Source of the DNA: Octopus sinensis
Taxonomy: Eukaryota
Assembly: GCF_006345805.1 (NCBI RefSeq)
Contig: NC_043003.1
Span: 23,250,001 to 23,314,000, forward strand
Direction: 5' to 3'
DNA: 64,000 bases
Position 1 is the stretch's first letter. Each line of letters starts with the position of its first letter. The position numbers and the translations under genes were made by a program. Of the stretch, positions 54,136-64,000 are shown in pieces. The notes below the pieces were generated by a model. The model searched no databases, was not told where the DNA came from, and worked only from the letters and a program-made list of their open reading frames with translations.

Positions 54136-55519
54136 GTAAAGAGAGCATGCAGCATGGATCATTATTAAGCGTGTCCCACAGGCCGGAAGCTTACCACGAC
54201 TATGTCATGGTAATGCTCTTGGGGCGTTATTGCCGATGTATTTGGAAAACATCGGTAACCGAAAATATATTATTATTAATGATTTGACTTCAGTACGTAC
54301 TGAATAAATCTAATTGTAGTAAGGCATTAATTAAAGTGGGCTGGGTGAAAAAGAAGTTATTTAGCTGTTCAGATGTTTGTGATTGTCACCTATATTAGCC
54401 ATGTATATGCGGTACATTTCTAATACGGAAAAGCTTATTTTTGAAATTCATTTATACTAAACAACGCTCCGAATAATTTTTTTTTTTTTGAAGAAGCAAC
54501 GGTCGACCAAAATTTTGCATATCTTTTGTATGTATTTCTACTGGGAAAGGACTTGGTAAAAAAAATGTAAGCCAAAATAATTTAATACAGCTTCGGAAAT
54601 ATGGATTCGTGTATATACTAATAATTCATTTACTTACCAAAAATTATGGACTATCCAAGTAGTAACTTAAAAACAAAAATGATGCGAAAAAATTTCTAAA
54701 GTAACAAGAAATAGAAGATATTTTTTCTGAAAATGCAGTTGCAAATTCATTTGAGAATTTTCTGTTAACCTATATATGCTTTTATTTGTGTAATTTTGCT
54801 AAAAATTTCCATATTGTTACGAATATTAGTTTCTTACGAAACGAGATTTTATTTTTTCGTTATTGACAGCTATATGTATATTGATGAAAGAATTACGTCT
54901 CCACATAGATAGACGCAGACATAAACACACAGACAGGCACACACACACACGCACACACACACACACTCACATACACATAAACAAACAAAAACAGACACAC
55001 ATACATGTACACAGTCTAATACATAAATATACGCATGCATGCACATTCATATATTTGTGGGTTAATGTGTGTGCAAGTGGTTCCACAAAAAATGTTACAC
55101 GTGAATATATATCTAAATTTTAAGTATTCTTATCAAAACCTGATTCCCATTCTATATAAATTTAACTTTTATGCATGCATATATTCATACCTGTGTTTAT
55201 ATTTAAACCAGGTGATCACGTGTCGTCAATAATGGCAGCTAATTTTAGTATTTTATATCTAAATAAGGTACAAAATAATCACACATACAAACATTCACAT
55301 ACTTCCCTTATACACGCACACACATACACACATATACTCACACATAGTTGAAACGCAGATTTTTTCACCCCTTTCTTCCTTATTCATCTGTCACCCCTTC
55401 CTCTCATTGCTATTATTTTCTCTCACTTTCTCTCAGTCAGTGCTATTACTCTCACTACTTCTCCTTCACTGAATTACTATTCTCTCTCCTCCTTCGCGTC
55501 TGGCGTGATTCTCGACAAC

Positions 55520-55562
<43 letters not shown>

Positions 55563-55589
55563 GTATATATATATATATATACACACACA

Positions 55590-55790
55590 TGACCTCGTTT
55601 GTACCGTTGTTGATTTTTTTCCTCTGTCTTCCCTTCTCTGGATCTTTCCTTCTCCTATGTTTCCGACGAAGAGCTCCGCCCGAAACGTTAAACCTTCCTT
55701 CTTTCCTTCTTTCCTGAGCGTCCAATAATATATTTGTTCCACGTCCTCGCGTTGTTGTCTTTTTTGTGTTTTCTTGTTTGGATTAACTAA
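55590..55790 (+). mobile_element. Family A PLE-terminal-like repeat with hammerhead-like motif at 55659-55693
   Basis: GTTT-CCGACGA-A-GAGC-TCC-GCCC-GAAA-C-GTT-AAAC. Confidence 0.7.
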
Positions 55791-56089
55791 CTATACATAC
55801 ATACATACATACATACATACATACATACATACATACATACATACACACATACATATATGTATATATATACAAATATATAAAACCACTACGCTCATTATTA
55901 TATTAGGAGGTAACAGTAAACACACAGCAAGAACTTGAAATGAATATTAGAGCACTAGAGACGATATAGGAACACTTGTACAAGAAACCTATTCAAATAC
56001 TTGTCGCAAACAATTTCAAAAACATCACATCATTTAAACTGGTCTAGCTTAATTAATCAATGAATCGACATTAGCATGCAATCTTTATC

Positions 56090-56485
56090 TTTTATCTGTT
56101 TCACTCATTAGACTGCGGCCACGCTGGGACACCACGTTGAAGAATATTTTGTCGAATGAATCGACCCCAGTACTTGATTTCCTAGGCTGGTACTTAGCTT
56201 ATCGGGCTCTTTTTGCCAAACCGCTGATTTACGGTGACGTAAACAAACCAACATAGGTTGTCAATATGTGGTGGAGAGCAAACACACATACACCATCACA
56301 CAAGCACACAAGCACTCACACATATATACATACGAGAGGCTTCTTTCAATTTCGATCTACCCAACTGACCCATAAAGCTTTGGGCGGCTTCAGGCTATAT
56401 TATAAAACACTTACCCAAGGTACCACGAAGTGGGACTGAACCCGGAAACATGTGGATGGGATGGAAACTTCTCTCCACACAGCCA
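56090..56485 (-). mobile_element. SINE family 1, near-full copy
   Basis: Tail TTTCACTCATTAGACTGCGGCCACGCTGGG and head GGGACTGAACCCGGAAACATGTGG (reverse strand). Confidence 0.75.
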
Positions 56486-56611
56486 CGTCTGCGCTGTTTT
56501 TCATAGTTTTCTGCGTATTCAGGTTCAGGTACGTGTTGCAGTGTACGTCAAAGGAGGAATTCTCTTTTATGATGGTGTATTCAACACACTCGATTCCTTG
56601 CCGCGGAGGAT

Positions 56612-56655
56612 TCTGGAACATCGATGTCTCGACATATTGTGTCTCGTCAGCGAAA
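56612..56655 (-). ncRNA. Degenerate hammerhead-like motif (A14G)
   Basis: Minus strand reads TTTCG-CTGACGA-GACA-CAATA-TGTC-GAGA-C-ATCGAT-GTT-CCAGAA. Helix III is the palindrome ACATCGATGT. Confidence 0.45.
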
Positions 56656-56981
56656 GGTATCTCGCTCCTTTGGATCTAGTCAAGCAGATCTTTTATGCAT
56701 ATGTATGGAAAATCCTGACAAGTCTAGTACCCAACAGATCAACGACGTGGATATTTCAAAGACTAATCATACCAATTTTTATCAGGCGTACCTGATAACC
56801 CTATATACAGAAAGTCAGCTTTGTCCACTTGACTTCTTCGCCATAACCGATCCTGGAGTTCGAGCTGGGAAATTAATCTAAAACAAGCAAGCATTAACGT
56901 TAAGAGCGGTGCCTCAGTCTCTGGCTGAAACTGAAAATGGAACACACACACACAAACATACAAACACACACACATACACGG

Positions 56982-57019
<38 letters not shown>

Positions 57020-57868
57020 ACACACACACATTTATATATATCTTACATCTAGCTCTAAAATGAACACAAATGTACTGCACTATACACACAAGGCCTGAAA
57101 TTTTGTTGGAAGGGAATAAGTCGACTACATATACCGTAGTGCTATTTTGGTATTTACCTTGTCGACCCCGAAAGGATACAAGCCAAAGTCTACCTCAGAG
57201 ATATGCATATATGTTTGTGCATGTGTATGTTTGTATGTATGTGCATATTATGTGGCGAATATAGCATGGAGGTAATAAGGAGACACAAATAAATTCATGG
57301 ATAAAGTTATTTCGATATCCTATAATACTAATTTGCCTTTGCGCTTGGTTTTAGTGCCCACACATATGCATAATAGGCTGCTTATTGTTTAAAACACTAT
57401 TCCGCTCTTTCCATATTTATGTGTACACAACTGACGTTAAAGTGTCAAGTTGTAAAAATTTCCATTTATAATTTCTATTTCTGAATCTGTTTTCATAAAG
57501 GGCTAATTTATTATTGATATCACTAACAGAAAAAATAATAAGGAAAATGCGTATTATTGGGAGTAAAGAATACATATAACACATCCGTAAATGGATTTAT
57601 GCACATCTACATGCATGCATATATATGTGTCTGTATGAGTGTGTATATATGTGTTTGCATACATTTGTATGTTTAATTATATGTTTATAAATGTTATATT
57701 CTCTCACTGAAGCTACAGCCTAAAAAAATGGTGAACAGAGCTCAATTCGAAAAATATTCTTCATCTCCAGCAAATATGCTTGCCTCAATCTGCAAGGATA
57801 TGAAGTTCACGTGAAGGAGTGGAAAAATCTGACAATTGAAATAAACGCTACTAACCCACCTACATACA

Positions 57869-59152
57869 TACCTATTTCTTTACTACCCACAAGGGGCTAA
57901 ACACAGAGAGGACAAACAAGGACAGACAAACGGATTAAGTCGATTACATCGACCCCAGTGCGTAACTGGTACTTAGTTTATCGACTCCGAAAGGATGAAA
58001 GGCAAAATCGACCTCGGCGGAATTTGAACTCAGAACATAACGGCAGACGAAATAACTATTTCTTTATTACCCACAAGGGGCTAAACATAGAGCGGACAAA
58101 CAAGGACAGACATAGGTATTAAGTCGATTACATCGACCCCAGTGCGTAACTGGTACTTAATTTATCGACCCCGAAAGGATAAAAGGCAAAGTCGACCTCG
58201 GCGGAATTTGAACTCAGAACGTAACGGCAGACGAAATACCTATTTCTTTATTACTTAGTTTATCGACTCCGAAAGGATGAAAGGCAAACGAAATACCTTT
58301 TTGTTTACTACCCACAAGGGTCTAAACACAGAGAGGACAAACAAGGACAGACAAACGGATTAAGTCGATTATATCGTCCCCAGTGCGTAACTGGTACTTA
58401 TTTTATCGACCCCGAAAGGATGAAAGGCAAAGTTGACCTCAGCGGAATTTGAACTCAGAATGTAACGGCAGACGAAATACCGCTAAGCATTTCGCCCGGC
58501 GTGCTAACGTCTTTGCCAGCTCGCCGTCCTTTAAATACCTATTTCTTTACTACCCACAAGGGGCTACATAGAGGTGACACACAAGGACAGACAAACGGAT
58601 TAAGTCGATTATATCAACCCCTGTACGTAACTGATACTTATTTAATTGACCCCGAAGGATGAAAGGCAAACGAAATACCTTTTTGTTTACTACCCACAAG
58701 GGTCTAAACACAGAGAGGACAAACAAGGACAGACAAACGGATTAAGTCGATTATATCGTCCCCAGTGCGTAACTGGTACTTATTTTATCGACCCCGAAAG
58801 GATGAAAGGCAAAGTTGACCTCAGCGGAATTTGAACTCAGAATGTAACGGCAGACGAAATACCGCTAAGCATTTCGCCCGGCGTGCTAACGTCTTTGCCA
58901 GCTCGCCGTCCTTTAAATACCTATTTCTTTACTACCCACAAGGGGCTACATAGAGGTGACACACAAGGACAGACAAACGGATTAAGTCGATTATATCAAC
59001 CCCTGTACGTAACTGATACTTATTTAATTGACCCCGAAAGGATGAAAGGCAAAGTTGACCTCGGCGGAATTTGAACTCAGAACGCAACGACAGACACAAT
59101 ACCGCTAAGCATTTCACCCGGCGTGCTAACGTTTCTGCCAGCTCGCCGCCTT
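57869..59152 (-). repeat. Tandem multimer of SINE family 2 (~7 full or partial units, with a higher-order ~382-bp duplication)
   Basis: The unit TACCTATTTCTTTACTACCCACAAGGGG...GGAATTTGAACTCAGAAC..GCAGACGAAATAC repeats at ~185 bp. ~58275-58656 is duplicated at ~58657-59040. Confidence 0.9.
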
Positions 59153-59634
59153 CCTTAATCGAACATTATTCTGTTAAATGATTGAGGGAAAAGTCTTTCT
59201 TCAATATTGCAAATCTAAAGCTAAACTAAATATATTAGGAATCAACGTGTATTTATCTCACTGATCTTTTAAATAAATGTTTATCTTTAAAATACGAGAT
59301 CGTGCCTACACACCAATGAAATTTGTTATTTATTTTTATATCACTAAAATCTATTATGATACATATTGACGTCACATTTCACGTTTCCTCATAATATATT
59401 CAGTTTTGCTCCTCTATTCTCCGTTGAAGAACGTTAAGGTAAACAGATTTTCTTTCGTGCGACAGCGACATCGAATAGAATTTTAACAAATAGATTTATA
59501 GCATAAGCTGCATTACATGTTTTTTTTTTTACCTTACATTTATTTTATTTGATTTTCGTAATAATTAATTTATACTGGGCGTGAAGACAATCTAAGGCGA
59601 AGGTTTTGTGAAACCAAATAAATTAGCGACAGAA

Positions 59635-59674
<40 letters not shown>

Positions 59675-59810
59675 GGAGAGGGGGAGAGAGATACAGACAG
59701 AAACAGAGAGACAGAGAGACAGACAGACTCACACAGATTGGGTTAGAAAGAGGGAATTTCTAGGCTTTATCTCTCTCTCTCACTCTCCTCTCTCTTTCTC
59801 TCCAGATATA

Positions 59811-60721
59811 CAGGGTGTCCATAAAGTCTCTTTACAATTTTAAATTTTATTACAAAGGCAGTTGACAAGATATCTTAACAATATTTGTTTTATTGTAATA
59901 ATTGTTTATTACAGTTTTTTTTAACTATTATTTAATAAACCTCAATAGGGGTTCCATTGGTTGCACGAAGCACATCACTCGATTTCTTGCTATGTTCGCT
60001 GTAAGATAGCCTCATCAACGGTGACAATGGCATTATGAAACCTTTGCTTCAAGTCAGCAATATCCCGTATCTTTGTTTGATACACGATATCTTTTACATG
60101 ACCCCATAAAATAAATCCAAGGTAGTCATAACTGGCGAACGCGGTGGCCATGGAAGTGGCCCATCCCTTCCAATCCATCGGTCTGGAAATGTATGATTGA
60201 GAAACTGACGAACATGCCGTCCCTAATGTGGTGGTGCACCATCTTGCTGGAAAATGATGGTTGGTCGTAAATCAATCAGTTGTGGTCCCACATATTCGGT
60301 CAGAAGGTCGAGGTAAACATCTTCAGTAATTGTTGCCTCGTTGAAGAAAAATAGTCGTCCGCTCCTCCTTTAATCCAATACTGTTCCTGTCTCCATAAAT
60401 TTCTTGTGCCATGCACGAATTGAAGAACACGATGTTGGATCTCTTCCATACTTAGTTCTGTAGTTTCGTTGAGTCTGAACATCCGATTTTGTCTCAATAA
60501 ACCAGGATACACATTGTTCCTTTTCATGAGGAGTAGCCATTTTATAGGGGTTCAGTGAATCAGTTCCCTTCCCTCAACAGAGTATCTGAAACACAAAAGT
60601 TTAATATCAATATAGACTCTAATAAACAGTTATTAAAATAAAACAAATCTGGTTAAAATACCTTATCAACTGTCTTTGTAATAGTTTTTTTAAATTGTAA
60701 AGAGACTTTATGGACACCCTG
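59811..60721 (-). mobile_element. Internally deleted rosa/DD41D Tc1-mariner element (911 bp, ~100-bp TIRs)
   Basis: TIRs CAGGGTGTCCATAAAGTCTCTTTACAATT / AATTGTAAAGAGACTTTATGGACACCCTG with TA flanks. Minus frames: MATPHEKEQCVSWF.. (ATG at 60540) jumps to ..QQDGAPPH..WPPRSPVMTTLD, with 41 residues between the two D. Confidence 0.9.
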
Positions 60722-61319
60722 TATTTCACACTAAAATTTTCTCTGATGTCACTAGAGACTATTTAAGATATAAAAGAAAACAATGGACATTGTACTCCAT
60801 TTTGTAATAAATAAACAAGTCTACGATAAAAATGAATTATGTTCTTATGAGTGGTATATGTTATCAGAATCTATATACACTAAATGGAAAAAGGCAAACT
60901 GAGTTGTCTCTAATTAAATGTTGATGATTATTTACGCCTTAATTATTCATATGTCTGTATATGTGATACGCAGATATAACGAGAGTTACAACCAAAGCAA
61001 AAGAAATTTAGATCCCATAATGCACTTTGTGTGGTACAGTATTCGTACTGCTTATGAAATCATTTCAAAAATTGTTAATAGTTTCTTAAATTGAGCTCGA
61101 ACTTCAAAACTATGAAAAGCGGGATTACGTTTTAATGAAAAATATCATTACGAATGACTGTACCAGTTTTGTTAACGCTAAGATGGAAATAATAGAACAA
61201 ATAAACAGAAAATTCAAATAAGACGGAATTGTAACAATTGTATTGTAACAATTGTATTGTCTGCATGTATTGTCTTTTTATTCTGTTATACGCTTCAGCC
61301 CTAAGGCTGAATTTCCTGC

Positions 61320-61520
61320 ATTATTATAGGTTCATCTGAGACCTTGGGTAGCAAGAGGTCAAGTTATTTCTTGAAGACATCTACTCGTACTCCATAAAGA
61401 TCCCTCAGATGTTTTGGCAAAGCATTAAGTAGCTGATGGAACTCGAATCCCAAGTTATTGTATTTCCTGTTCCATACTCTAGACGGGTTGACTTGGAATT
61501 TTGGAACAGTGCGGTAACAA
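61320..61520 (-). mobile_element. CR1/L2-like LINE 3' end fragment
   Basis: Minus frame NNLGFEFHQLLNALPKHLRDLYGVRVDVFKK*LDLLLPKVSDEP resembles a CR1-group ORF2 C-terminus (FN.LP..LR....FK..LD..L). Confidence 0.55.
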
Positions 61521-61983
61521 AACTAAAATCAAGTAGGCAGTATGGTTGTCACAATGCCTTATACATCTGCAGTTTAATTATTTTGGATTATGTAGCTCAG
61601 TGATATTCATATCAGAATATGCGTTTATTAAAGTTATCTGCATGTGATCCGAGTGAATGTGAATTAACTAGTTTTTCCCCTTAGGAATTTCTAGTCATCT
61701 TCCTTTACTACGGGGAAAATGGCTCAATCCATAACACAAAGAACAGAGAGAAGAAAAGATATCGGTATTAGAATGATTGTGACACCTAAATTGCATCAGC
61801 TTATACATAATTGAGTGAGGATTTTTTTAAAATTTAAAACTATTTATTCACTGGCTTTTAATAATCTAAATATATTCATTTGCGTGAATTGGTTCATGTA
61901 AAATCCTGACTTACAAATTCCTAAAAACAAAAGCAAGGAAAAGAGAATAAGCTCGAATCTGAAACAGTTCGAAATGTAGCAAT

Positions 61984-62560
61984 GGCGGCGAGCTGGAAGA
62001 AACGTTAGCACGCCGAGCGAAATGCTTAGCGGTGTTTCGTCTGTCTTTACGTTCTGAGTTCAAATTCTGCTGAGGTCGACTTTGCTTTCATCCTTTCGGG
62101 GTCGATTAAATAAGTACCAGTTACGCACTGGGGTCGATATAATCGGCTTAATCTGTTTGTCTGTCTTTGTTCGTCCCTTCTGTGTTTAGCCCCTTGTGGG
62201 TAGTAAAGAAATAGAAATAGGTATTTCGTCTGTCGCTACGTTCTGAGTTTAAATTCCGCCGAGGTCGACTTTGCTTTTTATCCTTTCGGGGTCGATTAAA
62301 TAAGTACCAGTTACGCACTGGGGTTGATATAATCGACTTAATCCGTTTGTCTGCCCTTGTTTGTCCCATCTCTGTGTAGCCCCTTGTGGGCAGTAAAGAA
62401 ATAGGTATTTCGTCTGTCTATATATTCTGAGTTCAAATTCCGCCGAGGTCGACTTTACCATTCATCCTTTCGGGGTCGATAAATTAAGAACCAGTTGCGC
62501 ACTGGGGTCGATCTAATCGACTTTCCCCCTCTCCCAAAATTTCGAGCCTTGTGTCTAGAG
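61984..62560 (+). repeat. Trimeric SINE family 2: one head plus three core units
   Basis: Head GGCGGCGAGCTGGAAGAAACGTTAGC. Units restart at GTATTTCGTCTG (62222, 62406). The last unit has the normal tail. Confidence 0.9.
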
Positions 62561-63388
62561 AAGAAAAGAATATAGCAATATAAGAACGACAGAACCAAAG
62601 GCCATAAAGTACCGTATTCTAATTGCATTCTCTACTTTCTCTGATTTGTATAGTTACCATAATTGCATTTTCACTTCAATGATTATGCAAGTTTCACTTC
62701 AAAATCTCCTTGATGTTCGACGTATGTTATATGCATTACCATTTTGTGTATATGAGAGTTTTCCGATTGCCTGTTCTCATTTCAACTCTTATTTTCTTAT
62801 CACAGAAATGTGTTGGCTTTCACAAAGCTGAAAGGCCAGAGAGGACACTAATATACAGATTGCGTAAGTTTGAGAGCCAGATTGTTAAACAAAAACCTCA
62901 GTGCGAGAAGTATCCATAGTGCATTAATATAAGGATTGATACCTAAAGTCACGTTTCCGTCGTCATAACCATTCCCTTCTCGTCATTTTTTAATCCCGCA
63001 ACTGCAGCCATCCGGCATCAGATATTAACATAGACGATGGTATTCGTAATATTGCTAACCATATTATTTTTTCTTGCCCTGGCAATCATCTTGTATTCGT
63101 GGAAGAAAGAGAAAGGAGTGAAGGAGCTATTCAGGAACGCACGCAATGCAATAGATAATCAAAGATGAAGATATCTTTGAACACTGTGACACAGGATGGA
63201 GCAAATTTTGTATGTCTGAAGGCTGAATTGAATTCAATGTAATTTGAGAGGTCCATTCTTATGACAATGTTCTGAACTATACGAATATAAAATGAGTTAA
63301 TAAATATTTAAAGTATGAAATAAAGATATTAAACTAACATCTTGATGACTTTATCATAAATTAAGAATATAAATGTTTTACCAATGTA

Positions 63389-63940
63389 TTGGGTTGTCCG
63401 GAAAGTTCGTGCCGATTTGTAGTAGCTTATATTTCGACTTATTTTAGAACATGGTTGAGTCCATCAAATAGGATTTAACTACACCTCCATTTAGAGCACA
63501 GTTTAAGCTATCTTTTCGTGGAAGAAGGTTTATCTTCCTATAACCTGTGCTAATTCTGTTACCCTTTAAAATGGAAGATAAGAAAGTTCATTTTCGGCAC
63601 TTGAAGCTTTAAGAACCAGACAAAAATTGCTGCAGCTCGGCTGGAATGTATTACCCCACCCTCCATATTCACCAGATGTTGCTCCTTCGGATTTCCACTT
63701 ATTCAGGTCTCTGTAGAAGAGTCTTAGTGGTAAAAAATTTAATTCCTTGGATGACGTAAAAAGATACCTTGATGAATTCTTTGCCATGAAACCACCTCAA
63801 TTCTGGGAAGAAGGTATTTTCAAGTTAAAGGAAAGATGGAGACGCATTGTGCAACGAAATGGTTCATATTTGGTTGATTAAAAATGTAAGGACAAGTATT
63901 TATTGACCTAAAATCGGCATGAACTTTTCGGACAACCCAA
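63389..63940 (+). mobile_element. Internally deleted mariner element (552 bp)
   Basis: TIRs TTGGGTTGTCCGGAAAGTTCGTGCCGATTT / AAATCGGCATGAACTTTTCGGACAACCCAA with TA flanks. MEDKKVHFRHL (ATG at 63571) is fused to HPPYSPDVAPSDFHLFRSL...RWRRIVQRNGSYLVD*. Confidence 0.92.
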
Positions 63941-64000
63941 TAATAAACGAAAGTGTTTCCATGCAAACTAAATGCAAATGTCCTCCACAGACTACCTTTT

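Noticed and set aside
54215-54270. Hairpin TTGCCGATGT/ACATCGGTAA followed by CCGAAA
   Set aside because: No CTGANGA upstream, so it cannot be called a ribozyme.

Overview
AT-rich, microsatellite-dense eukaryotic non-coding DNA. The SINE families and the (TA)n/(CA)n/(TATC)n load resemble Octopus (inference). I could not support any intact host protein-coding gene, rRNA, tRNA or CRISPR array. The window is a TE graveyard: Tc1 (DD34E), mariner (DD34D) and rosa-type (DD41D) relics and MITEs, three tRNA-derived SINE families (two loci multimerised), and decayed Penelope-like (PLE), R4/Dong-like, Gypsy gag and CR1-like fragments. The standout is a ~7 kb tandem array (29031-35981) of a ~561-bp unit. 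Each complete unit carries a minimal type I hammerhead ribozyme (TGAG-CTGATGA-helix II-GAAAC-GTAC-GTA^CTCA) with a palindromic helix III, and the monomer has long internal complementarities. The array flips orientation at 34852/34853 and both ends merge into (TA)n. This fits a non-LTR retrozyme (a possible circRNA producer) inserted as a concatemer with a twin-priming-like inversion. A second, older ~299-bp hammerhead repeat relic and about nine more dispersed hammerhead-like motifs from several families also occur, some directly behind PLE GIY-YIG/RT remnants. All folds and translations were done by eye and no database searches were run.
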